From assembly GCA_013239625.1 (NCBI GenBank), contig MU053881.1:13344879-13408878 (forward strand): 64,000 nucleotides of DNA, in the 5' to 3' direction. Positions 52,451 to 64,000 of the stretch are shown here, piece by piece; position 1 is the stretch's first letter; every line of letters starts with the position of its first letter. The position numbers and the translations under genes were made by a program. The notes under the pieces were generated by a model. It ran no database searches, was not told the DNA's origin, and saw only the letters and a program-made list of their open reading frames with translations. This DNA is from Lama guanicoe (taxonomy: Eukaryota).

Positions 52451-55400
52451 CTGTTTTGCAAACTAAAATATAGGCCTGAAATGTCACACATTTCAGATAC
52501 ATAAAAGCACAACAGAGATCAGTTTTTTATTTTGTCCTTTCCGTATAGGACAATTTTTAAGAGTGCACCTCTTTCGTAAAATTTTTGATAAAACAATAAC
52601 AAAAAGAAAAAAAGACTATGGTATGAGCTCCTTGATACAGGAGAAATAAATCAACGATACTGGAGTTTGCTTAAAATCCCAGAAGTCTGACTCTTCGGTT
52701 TACAGAGACAGGTTTGTTATTATAATTATCACCCAGAAAGAGTTGGATTCTCAAAACTGCTGCAGTTCCATTCTCCCCTCTTAGAAGTCGGGGAGGAAGT
52801 GGCAGCCTAGTGCTAGAAGCTCATGCTCACTTTCTCCATCTTCCTAATTACAGTCATCCGGGAGTAACACTTCCCTTCAGAAATAAGATGCTTAGTTCAG
52901 AATCTTGGGCACTGCTCCAAATAATGTGCTTATAGGTTTATTGTAAACTCAGTAACAGATGATTGAAAAAAATAGAAGCTGTCAATCAACGAAACAGACA
53001 TGGTTGAGTGGGAGAGACGTGGGGCGTGTGCTATAGATACCAGGTCAGTTTACAGTATCACCAGCGTGGAGACTTACAGCCACTTTTTTTTTTTTTCTTT
53101 TGGGGTTTCAGGCAGAATTCATTTTGTGCTTCTACCTACCCTAGGGAGCATGTGTTTAAGTATGTTAGCATCACATGGATGGGAACCAGAGTTCGCCTAG
53201 CTCTCTGTCTGCAGACTTTGGGACTCTTCACGGAATTCTCAGAGTCCTAGTGTATTACATCACCTTGTATCCCTTACTTCGAAAGATGCATATGTTTGGC
53301 TCTGTGGTTTTGCACCACAGGTATGTAAGTAAATAGCTCCAAACGCCTATCACGCCGGCTCTTTTCTGTCATATGACACTATTTTATTTATTTATTTGTT
53401 TTTAATTTTCATGTAGCCTCAGCAAAAAGAGTAAACTTTGAAAGAGAGAGTAAATTTAAATGTCTTATGTCTCTTTGTTTTCATTCCTAAAAGATGTACC
53501 ATCATAAGTTCATTGTTTATGGAGATTAAAAAAACAAAAAAACTACTTCGTGGTCAAGAGAAAAGTAAAACTCTGGCTTTGCATCTTTGTATAAAAGAAA
53601 TAAAGCAATTATTCCGTAGATGAATGTACATTACATTTGGGGCACCTGCTTTCTACCAGTTGAAAGAACAGCTTTCCGTCTCAAGGATGAAAAGATCCAG
53701 CTTAATCACTGATAAATATATCTGCAGGATTTGATTGAAACATTTCGAAGTTTAAAATTCTGATGATTACTTTTTACTGTTGCATTGTGGTGGGTGAGAT
53801 TAGCATTTCTTACTTCCCACCCAGCTTAAACAGGTTTGCATTTCAGACTCAAGGTAAGTAGAGATACCTTGGTAGTCGATGTAGCACCACACAGTGAAGT
53901 AAGGCGCCCATCAATCTCCAGACTGGCTATAAAGGGAAGGACTTGTCTTCTGCTCTTGAGATCAGGGGAGAGGAGAGGTTGGAGGGGTGGGCTAGATGTC
54001 CAATCTTAGATGGACGTAAAGATGGCAGAGAAGATTTGTTCAAGATAAGCTTCATGAAATAAGCATCCAAGTGGAGATAGAGCAGCACAGTTTCAGAGAA
54101 ACATGGGCCATGTCCTAGCTCAACTAACCACTGAGCTGAGACCAGTCACTTAAGCTTTTGATGTCTCTGATTATTCACCTGATAATTAGGAATAAGAGCC
54201 ACTTCAAGAATTTTCTTAAGAGACCTAAATTAGATAAATAAAATGCTTAGCATGGTGCCTGGCACATGATAAATGCTCAGTAAACATTTTAAACAGATTA
54301 CTGATATTATTTGTAATCTTAATAATATTATTATCATCACTGTCATAATAAATCTGAGACTCAGTTTCTAAATCTACAGACTGAGATTAATATGTTTTCC
54401 TCACAGGGAGGTCAGAAATCAAAAACCCAAGGGAAATTGCACTGTAGGTATCATTCCTGGAGATTCTAACCCTCTAAAATTTTTAATGTAAGGAATATAG
54501 CTGTGTTGCCATCACTGGAGAATTTAGAAAATAGGCATGCAAATGCCTCACATCAAGGAGCACATGTCTCTCTGAATGCACTGTACAACTTAGGATTTAG
54601 TGAATGAACTCAAGAGCCCTTGAAGAAGTCATGCCAAAATGTATCAACCTAAGCAGTCATCATAGCCTTCACATAATCTTACTTTAAAGACTACGCTCTA
54701 TAGTTGTAAGTGTTTAGAGCGATCCAGGTCATAGGAACAGTGATGTTATTAGAGCAGTCAGAATGCACGATCACTGCTCCTTGGCTCTGTGAATCAATGC
54801 AAAGGTAAAAATACGTTAATGCTGCAGTTTACAAATTGTATACCCTCCCATCCCCTTTTCTGCTTCTTTTTAACCACTAAAAGACTCCGTCTCTTATTGC
54901 AATTGTTAAGCAAGAAAATTGCTTTCCTATAGATCAACCTATATATCCGTTATGCATAAGGCAAAGACCTTACTGAACGTTTTCAAGACTTTAACAGCTT
55001 AGGTTTCAGTATCTAGGCTTCTACCGGACTAAGAACGTCTGTCCCCGCCTCCTGTCCTTACACATTCAGACCGATTACACTCCAAACGATGACAGGCACC
55101 CTTCTACCTCTGAAGTATTGGAGCCATGCTGATTAGGGATATTCTGATTATTATGAATACCAGCAGCAATGATTGACATGTGGGGATTTTTCTCAGCGCA
55201 GTCATTCTTAAAACATCTCCCACTGAGTTGAGTATTTCTAAGTGCTTCAGAAAATATCTAGCTGCCTATTCTCATTGAAAAGAATGGCCTGGCTACTTCC
55301 CACGTGCCTCACCTAGGGAGACAGCCCTGAGAAACGGTGGCCGAGATGTCAACGCTTCAGGGGGCTGTAGGTAATGCTGGGTTTGGAGCTGGAAAATCTG

Positions 55401-55574
55401 GGTTTCCTTACTCACTAATTAATTTTAGACTGTAAGCTCCCTGAGAGTCAGGAACATTCAGAGTAGACAAATGCATTGAACGAGTCGTGTATAAGACAGA
55501 AGCTAGAAGGGCAAGACAGACATTTGGATGAAATGTGAATGAGTTAGATGGACTTGTTAGGAGACAGTTCTCTG

Positions 55575-56035
55575 TTCTCTAGCATGTCTGCACATTTTAT
55601 GGGCAGGAGACAATGGTTGCTTTGTTCTAAATTATTTCTTTCAAGGATGTTTCTTGAGTAAGTTAGAGTGTCTTTCTTCAGAGCAAAAAGCAAGTTTTCT
55701 TATAGCTTTGGAAGGTAGAGGTTGTGTTTCCACCTGGAACAAAGGGCAAGCATGCTCACTTGTCGTAGTGAGAGATGCAGGTTCCTCTCCTGAAATGCAT
55801 CCTATCTGATTTGTGGATGTTCCCTGGCTGTCTTCATGTCACCCTGCGGAAACTGACGCGTGGGGCACTGAGGCAAGCATGTGGCTTGTGCTCCTTGCTG
55901 AGCCTGGAATAATAGAGTCCTTTGTCTTTGACCCGGGAGTCTTGTGTCTTCCTCCAGCATCCATGACGCTGCAGCAGAATCAGGTATTAGCTTACAAGTA
56001 GGATCAAGTATTCGCTTCTTCGTAGTTCGCTACAG
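55575..56035 (+). mobile_element. Old ERV1-type LTR remnant (MER89/90/110-like; family uncertain)
   Basis: Shares the blocks ttcaaggatgttt, ttggaaggtagaggttg and ttgt.t.tgaccc.gg with the element at 62945-63455. Confidence 0.5.
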
Positions 56036-56139
56036 AACACAGAGAAATAAAGACGTACAGCATATAAAAGAAGCCTAGAAGGATAAGAGAGTAAACAGCG
56101 CCCTGTGATTCTCTTCCTTCATGTTTAATAAAGGTTTAC

Positions 56140-56700
56140 TTGGCATTGATTCATTGATTCATATGTGGAGCACCTTGCACGTGGCAGATATCATTCTAGG
56201 TACCAGGGACAGAGCACTGCCCATGGCTGGCAAGTTTCCTCCTCTCCTGCTGCAGGCCTACTAAGGAGCAGAGACAAATACAGATAGGTGAATAAGTAGA
56301 TCTTTAAATTTCAGAGGGTTATAAATTTATAAAGCTAAATGAAAAGGATAATGTAATTAGTACAGCTTCTCTAATTAGGGTGGTTAGGGAAGGCCTTTCT
56401 GAAATAACATTTTCTTGTATACGGTCTGCCAGGTGGAGTTTTTGGGGATTGAACAATTCAGGAGGACAAAAAAAAAAAAAAAAAAAAAAGGAGAGGGAGA
56501 GAAAGAGAGTGAGGAGGGGGAAAAGAGAGAGAGAGGGAGGGAGGGAGAGAGAGAAACAGCATGAATAGAGACACTGAAGCCTGAAGAAGAAAAATAAAAG
56601 CAGAGTGGCTGGAACATAATGAGTGAAAGGAGCAGTGATCCTGGATGAATTTTGCAGTTTGTGCAGGAGCCAGATTGCATTGAAGTTACAGACTAGAGAA
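56140..56700 (-). mobile_element. L2 LINE remnant with internal A/GA-rich expansion
   Basis: attgattcattgattc...ggagcaccttgcacgtggcag...ttctaggtaccagggacag...agggtggttagggaaggcctttctga...gtggctggaacataatgagtgaa. Confidence 0.7.
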
Positions 56701-57039
56701 GGCAATTGGATAGGATAGATGCTGTCTCTTTTCCTTTGTGAAGTTACATTGGCTCACGTTCCTCATTATTTTGGAAAAAAACACAAAGTCTATTGATGCC
56801 ATGACTCTTCTGAAAATAAGGAATACATCTGCACAGCGGAATGCAGGTGTACGGACTGCGAGGAAACATTCCTTTACCTGGAAATGCTCGGAGAACAGAA
56901 CGAAGTATATTTGCAGCTAATTATGACAATGACTGCTAAAATCCTAATATTGCTACTACTTCTACTGAGAATAACAATCTAAAGATGAGGAAAAGGATGA
57001 GGAGGGGTGGGGAAGGGATAAGAAGGCAAGAAGGAAAAC

Positions 57040-57275
57040 AACAAATTATGGAAGAGCAGATGTGCCAAGAATTATGCTCAATCCTCTGCGTGTTTTTTTG
57101 TTTTTCTAAAACCTCAGAGCTCCCCTGCAGAATGCTTCAGTGCTCCCTTCAGAGAAGGAAATTCAGGCTCAGAGAGGCAACATTCTTTGCCTTAGATTTT
57201 CCATCTAGCCAATGCCTGAGCCTGGATTTGAACCCTGGAACTCCCTGGCTCCAGAGCGAGGATCTTTGCACCATA
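57040..57275 (-). mobile_element. MIR SINE remnant
   Basis: atgtgccaagaattatgct...cagagaaggaaattcaggctcagagagg...ggatttgaaccc. Confidence 0.7.
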
Positions 57276-58410
57276 TGCAGCCTGGATTTTAATGCAGCAT
57301 CTTTATGCTGCAGCTGTCCTTTCCCTTATAAAGCAGGCAGCTTTGTCATCAGTTGGAAGAGAACTGTAGTATCCCAAAGATTGTTAGGTTCAGTCATGGG
57401 ACAAAATGATTGGTGGTTTTTATCTGCATTGTTTGAAAAGCCTGGCTCTAGCCAGCAGCTGAAGTACAGCACATAACATTTTTTTCTTCCAGGGGATGTC
57501 ATAGCAGACAACAGATTGTCTACACAATAAGACGGGCAGAAAGTGCCTGGATCAATCGTCTAGCATGAGAATATCGCTGACCCATGCTTTATTCCAGGTG
57601 CTTCTAGACTTCGGTACTTTGGAAGCAAATTTAAAGGTTCCGGAAAATATCTCTAAAGAGAAACGATCATTATCATCATAAATAACATGCTTCATAAATG
57701 CACAAATCCAAAGGGAAGGGGAACATGAATAATCATCTCAACTAAAAAGGCAGGTTTTGATCTAATGAAAGAAGAGAATTTCAGATCTGAGGGGATCTGA
57801 AATTCACTCCTAGGGTAACTAGTAATTAATGGCATGTTTTTTCACACTGGGAAAAATATTTAAAAGAGGTTGTCTTGATCAGTGTTTGCAAAAGTGTGTT
57901 GCAAAGAATGCATGTTTCTGGAAGGGCTTGTGTTTTATGAAATAAGAATTTCATAGTTTGAAAAACCTCTAGCAGAATTTATTTATCCATATCTCTTCTT
58001 TCTTAGTAACAGAACACTGTTTTTTATTTTTTATTGTGGGGATGGAATAAAACCAAGGTAATATACATACATATATACCATAACCAGGTGAATGTATTTC
58101 CCAGCCTGTACTTCACCGAGGAGGCCAATGAAATTTAGTCTCATTTTGGATGGTGTTGTGAGGAAAGTCCTTCGAGAGGGCTGTAAGGAAGTGTGGAGGA
58201 GACCCATATTGCCACTTCCCTGTTTTACTTTTCTGCTTGGAATTCATATGTGATGGCTGGAGTTCCAATAGTTTACAATCTTGTGACATCGGATTGTTTT
58301 TAGAATAAAACTCATAAAGTTAGCAGAATAGCATTATTTTGTGCCAGTCTTAGCCTACCGAAATCCAGTGTTGTGCCTGGACCAGCCCTTGTGGTTATTA
58401 CAATTTCAAG

Positions 58411-58965
58411 TGTTGGGGAAGAAAAAAAAAACCAAAAAACTTTTCCTCTACCCTTCTGTGTTCTTCTAGCTGGTCTAAGAATTAAATTGTCTTGAGACAG
58501 ATTAACAGGAGAAAAACAAACAGAGCATACCCATGGAAGAGACCCAGGAAGACTGAGTAACTCACCAAAATGGCAGAAGCCCTCGCCTTCAATGCCGTCT
58601 ACAGCTAAAGACAAAAGATGACTTTGGGGATATTGGATTGGAAGGAAATTCACATGGAGATGAAAAAGCATATGTTTAGTAAACAGATGTTTGCTTTGCT
58701 GCGCAGACACAATGGGATACAGGCAGGACTTTGGCCTCCAGGCCCTGCCAAGTTCCTTTTCCCATGCCTAACCCACATTCTTGGTAGGTATCTCTGGTGA
58801 TAATTTGATTCCTGTTCAAGGCCCTTGTATCTGATCTTTTTAGGCAGCTAAGGGTGAAGCAAGAAGAAAGATTTCCTGAGTCTTCTGTTTCTTAAAAATA
58901 ATCAGCCTAAAATAATCCTCATGTCAAAGAGACACACACTGGGGTGCACATTTTGCTTCCCTACA
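58411..58965 (-). mobile_element. ERV1-class solo LTR (555 bp) with 4-bp TSD, inserted into an older MLT1-like element
   Basis: Minus strand reads TGTAGGGAAGCAAAATG...CCCCAACA. CAAG occurs at both 58407-58410 and 58966-58969. Flanks carry MLT1-like motifs (atttcccagcct...ccaatgaaat...gtgatggctggagttcca). Confidence 0.85.
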
Positions 58966-59719
58966 CAAGATGTCCTCAACAATTGCCATCAGGAAACTTT
59001 AAGAAAAAAAAAAGTCTGTTATTTATAAGTCCTGAAAATTACGTGGTACATCCAGGGCCACACAGCAGGTCTGAAAGAGAGAGAAGAGAGAGCAGTGGGC
59101 TTGGAGTTCCACTTTACTGGGGTCGAGGGTGAGGGCCTGTGGTTTTGAAGGCTTACTCTTTGTTGGTGAATTTAAAACATAACAGTGGACATTTAAAGCA
59201 CACAAAGAGAAAAACAGTGGCCCAAATGATCGTTTATTAAAATCTATCAATATCCTTATAACAAAGTGGGGGAGCGCGGTGGCCTGGCTCTTTATCTGGT
59301 CCCATGGTTAGCATCACATTCATTCCAGACAGACATTGTCAAAAGTGGATCCCTATTCAAACTGGGTGCCTAGGCAGATTTTAAATCAGGCAGTTGCATT
59401 ATAAAAAGAAAAGACAATTATCTTTTCTTAATTGTCTACAAAAACCTATAGACATAACTTCAGTTTATTCTGTGGCACTGTCACATCAGCCCTGGTGTGT
59501 CCTCCTCTCACCTTGATTTCAGTGGGACTATGAAACCCGAGTGTGTTTAAGCCATTCTAACCAGGTCTCTGTTACTAACAATTGGATGTGATTCCTCACA
59601 CACCCTGTTATGTCCTACTCTCCTCTTAAAGGTCTGCGGGCACATTTGTCCATTAAAGATCCTCAAAATTACTGTCATAAATATTACATACATAAATAGA
59701 ACAACTATTAAGAAGTCAC

Positions 59720-60185
59720 CACATACTAGACACTGTGCACATGCTGAGGATGTGGGAAAATAAAAGAGAGAGTGATTGACTCTGAGTTTGTCATGGAAGT
59801 TTTTCCAGAAACAAGCTCAGTGAAGTTTTGAGGGGTGAATAGGAGTTTTGCAAGCAGAGAAGAAATGGAAATACAAGACAGGTAGGAAATGTAATAAATG
59901 AAAAGACACAGCAATATGATGTTTCTCAAGAACTTCAGCACCTTTGATACAACTAGAGAATAAAAGTGAGTTGGTCTTTAAATCAATATGTGGTTCCGGA
60001 CAGAATTAAGCATTTAGAGAGGTAGACAATGGCAAAACTATGTTAGGCTTTGAATGCAAATCTAAAGAACTTAGATGACACTCTAGGCAGTGTGGTGCTA
60101 TTAAGCAATTTTAGGCAAAAAGAAACACCAAATATGTGTTCTTGAAAGACCCGTCTGACCTCAGCGTGGAGAATGGGTAAGAGAG
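59720..60185 (-). mobile_element. L2 LINE remnant
   Basis: agacactgtgcacatgctgaggat...gttttgaggggtgaataggagttttgc...ggctttgaatgc...ctaaagaacttaga...gtgttcttgaaagacc...gtggagaatgg. Confidence 0.65.
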
Positions 60186-62944
60186 GCTTTTGCCCACCAC
60201 CTATATTCCTTTACAAAGACTCTTGCCTCTGACTTCATTCCTTTAGGGAACTTTTGCCTTTAAAGATCATGAAATACATCACCTCATGCAAGAGAATGTA
60301 TTCACGAACCACTGCTCACTCACAAAGATTTCAGCAGAAAGTGTCACTGCTTCCATCAGATGATGCCAGAGGCTGAGTTGGCGGGGGGTGGGGGGATGGG
60401 GTGGGGATTGTGGGATGGTGTTGCATGCCCAGTGGACTTAATAAATAAATAAAAAACAAATAGTTTAATTAGGCATAGTAATGGTTGGGTAGCTTAGACA
60501 TATTACCTGAAAACAGCCTACTTATAGAACATAATATAAGAATACAGTCTACGTATGATTTATTTTTATTTGGACTCCATCTAGTCACTAAAAGGAATGT
60601 GGAGTGGACTACGGTGTTCACTCCCTCTGCTTCATTATTATTATTATTCTACTAAAAGTTCTGATGTCCTAGAGCACAAGTTCAGAAGAAAAGGACATTA
60701 TTGCACATGGTGGAACTTTGTCTTTTACTCCAACTAATTCCAACTTTTTATCTCCCTAAGAGAAATATATGCAACGAAACAAAAAGGCAGTTATAGAGAA
60801 TGTGGGAATTAGGAAGATAAAAAGCCAGGAAGCTCAGTCTTTTGTTTTTCACAAATGGAGACGCAAATCATGGAACTGAACCCTTAAAACATTATGAAAC
60901 AGAACTTTTCAGGAATTATAGGCACTTGCTCATGTCTAGAAAACCTCCTGACTGTAGTCCTATCAAATTAGTAAGAGTCATGAAAGCTCAAGATCTTGAG
61001 GGGACTCCGTTTAATGCAATGATGGTTCTTTCATCCAATGCCTGAACTTCACAATAAGGAAGCAAAACCCCGGGGAGTTAAGCAACTTTTCCAATGTGAC
61101 AAAGTATTGGGGGCTAATAGGGTTTCCTGAACCTTACTTCAAAATGATTACTATATGAACTGCTCCCAGGCAACTTCTTCTAGGTGTAAAGTCCTGGTCC
61201 AGGACTAGATTTGCCCCCTCCCCCACATAGATAGGAATAGATATGAACTAAGGTACATTTGTTTTTCTGAATTTTTGGTAGAAGTTACAATCCTGATTTT
61301 TTTTTAAATTAATGAAAACCAACTAAAGAAACAACATTTGAACCAGTGTCAGAAATCAAAAACTGAAAGGTCCTCTGTTTGGAAACTGAATGTGACATAC
61401 TTTAAATCAGATTTTAAAAGCTAAGTAGTGCTGAAGAGAGGACCATTACCACAGAGCTCAGTATACTGAGCATGCCTATGAAGGATGCCCACGGGGTTTT
61501 TTAAATGCTGCTCGTCCCTCCGTAGTCATCTATATAAGTAGGGCTAACAAACAGTTTGTCTTCAGATGCTGAATTTAAGTGATGTAGAAGTTTATTTATT
61601 ATTTTTTTAATTAAATTCTCTAGAGTTTCAAAAAAAGAAAAGAACTCGGTAGAACACTTTACATAATTACTTCTCTTAAGGAAGGGAGACGTGAGAACAC
61701 ATTCTTTCAAATAATATAAAAGGGCTTCATTATATTCAGTGAAGGCTCCACCAGCTAAAAGACTGAAGAATCATCCCGAGGTTTCTAGAAATACTTAGTA
61801 ACCCAGTTTCATAAGATTCCATTACATCACAGCAGGGCGTGAGTTAGAGAGCTCTTGGATATAAAAGTTTAGCCTAGGGAAGGAGAAAAGCCAATCTGGT
61901 GGAAGGAAATTATATATATATATATATTTTCTTTTAGTTTCACCTTTAGTAATTAAATTAATCAAATGGATATTTTTCACTTCCCTTCCATAAAATACAT
62001 ATTTAGAGGCCATTCAAATATGAATTGCTCTCATAATCATGCTAATTGGCTCTCTGGCAATTCCAGAGATGACTTCTTGATGAAGATGATAATGATAAGC
62101 TCTCAAGGGAATTTAAGAAAATTCAATTCTTCAGGACTTTCAAGTTATAAATCTCATATCTTTTCAAATTAAAAATAAGAAGAAACACTTTCAAATGGAT
62201 GCTTGAAAAGGCTTCCTTAAAGTGATGGTGGCGTTGATAGTCATTTTCTCTAATCCTCAGGGTGGGAAGAAGGGAAGCTCTGAATTACAACGTTGTAAGT
62301 TGAGTAAGAATCGCAGACTCTCCGATAATAAGACTAAGCTGTGTGTTCTACTTAGGTCCACCATTATGGTTTTCCCCAAAATATAAAAACTTTGCAGTTG
62401 CTTATATTTTTTTATTCTATGTGGAGGAGAAAGATCGTTTTCTTCCTTTGTGCAGAAAAAAATAAAAATAAAACTATACAGCAGAGAAGTAGAAATTTTT
62501 CTGGAATCCAGGAGCCTGGCAGTCTCACTTGGTTGCCCTATCTGACTATTTCTTTGCTGCAAAATCTCCATTTGTTTGCATGTTCACGTTCACACAACTC
62601 AGAAAAGAAAACAGAGGGGAAGAACTATGATAGGTCTTCTACCCACTGACTGTCATTAATTAGGCATGAATGAGTGACTAGTCCTGACCAGAGAAGCAGG
62701 CAGGTCAGTCTGTCCATGTGGCTTTTACCCATACAAGGGAAGAAAGCATTGACATATCCCTCTTTTTCACTAGATATGGCCGTATGTCAGTATGATACCA
62801 AAAAACGCTGCAATCATCTTGCAACCATAAGTGAAAACATCTCCAACTTGCTAAGGATAACAGGACCTAAGTACCGAGCCCCTGGGTCCATGATACTATC
62901 GCTGACTTGCTGAGGCGCTCCTGGAATCAACCTGCAGCTGGGCT

Positions 62945-63455
62945 GTGAGAGGGAATTTCCCACATGTCTCCAGCATTTCTGTGCATCATGCAAGCAGCGG
63001 TCCTGAGAGCATTTGTTTCTTATTATCTCTTCAAGGATGTTTGGATAATGAACAGGCTTGGAAGGTAGAGGTTGGGATTCCTTTTTCAACAAAGAGCTGG
63101 CTGTTTACTGTTCAGTATGAGAAAGGTAGTGTTTATCTCCAGGACAAAGTTTAGGCAAGCTTACAGCCTGTTAAAGAAAAGAGTCTGCCTTCCTAAGCCA
63201 AGGGTTCCTCTCCTGTAAATGCCACCAACTTGATGAACAAGCAACACCGGGCCCTTTGATTTTTCCCTGTGGAAGTGGGGCTCATCGGACCAGGGCAAAA
63301 GCTGATCCTCTGGCCCTGGTTACTGCTGTGAGTCATAAAGCCTTGTTTCTGACCCAGGGTCGTGTGTTCACTTGCGCTCATGAACCTGTTACAGGCCCGT
63401 TCTTTTTTTTTTTAACAGGTTAGAGCAAAATCTCAGACCCTTCACAGTCATTGAC
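62945..63455 (+). mobile_element. Old ERV1-type LTR (MER89/90/110-like) nested in an MLT1-like remnant
   Basis: tgtgagagggaatttcc...cataaagccttgtttctgacccagg...aaaatctcagacccttcacagtcattgac. Flanks (about 62660-62944 and 63456-63560) carry MLT1-like motifs. Confidence 0.55.
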
Positions 63456-64000
63456 CCTAAGCTTCCTGCTGTGTGAGGTAGTAAAATCCCCCACTGATTT
63501 CCCCTTATTTAATGAGATATTTTGTTGTTTATGGCTAAAGGCATCCATTAAGATAGGATCACAACACTGTTTCTGGAAGAGAAGAGCAAAATCCTCTTGA
63601 TGTGTATTTTCTGTTGTCTTACAGTCAGTTGCACGGTGCAGTGAAATTGGAAGAATTCGACATCCTGAGAACTTATAAAACCATTTGATCTCTTGGCCTA
63701 AGTATTATTTTTTGTTAAGTAGTGACAGTAAATATGACCTACCTCCGTATGCTCCTGTGTAAGGGCTGTACTTTGCATATAATACATCGTAGCTTTTCTT
63801 GAATTAAAATCATAAAATTTTATTTGAATATTCTCTAGAAAGAAACTTAGAACTCTTTATATAATTAGTACAGCACCACAACGTTTTTTATTCTAATTCC
63901 AGGGTTTACAAATGGTAGATTTCTTGAATTCTAAAATAAATACCTTTATTTTTTTTTTTTTGGTTCCAAGTCAAAAAGTTTATTTTTAAATGATTTGAAG

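Noticed and set aside
56985..57476. 163-aa plus-strand ORF
   Set aside because: It runs through a purine-rich tract and an antisense MIR, with no sign of coding function.

Overview
This is mammalian genomic DNA, most likely camelid: it carries a Vic-1/SINE1_Vpa-like tRNA-derived SINE at 27930-28069 and a cetartiodactyl-type L1 3' UTR. The window holds the 5' half of GABRA1 (GABA-A receptor alpha-1 subunit) on the minus strand. Visible parts are a CpG-island promoter (~39.5-41.6 kb), a non-coding first exon ending at 40053, and six coding exons (74+113+68+221+83+144 = 703 nt, 234 codons + 1 nt). These run from the signal peptide through the Cys-loop to ...GIVQSST; all have GT-AG junctions and join in frame. 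The transmembrane-domain exons lie beyond position 1. The rest is intron and about 22 kb of upstream DNA, filled with MIR, L2, L1, MLT1, ERV1 solo LTRs, hAT MITEs and microsatellites. None of the supplied ORFs looks like a real gene. I found no convincing new multi-gene system. The most notable oddities are: (1) a 3'-truncated, tailless L1 (5' UTR plus the start of ORF1) with an apparent target-site duplication, forming a CpG island and pointing at GABRA1; (2) focal GC/CpG peaks, including synonymous CpGs in coding exon 7; (3) an unusual acceptor before the Cys-loop exon; (4) a short uORF in the 5' UTR; (5) a cluster of RE1 half-sites upstream. Repeat family names and cross-species comparisons come from memory, not from searches.
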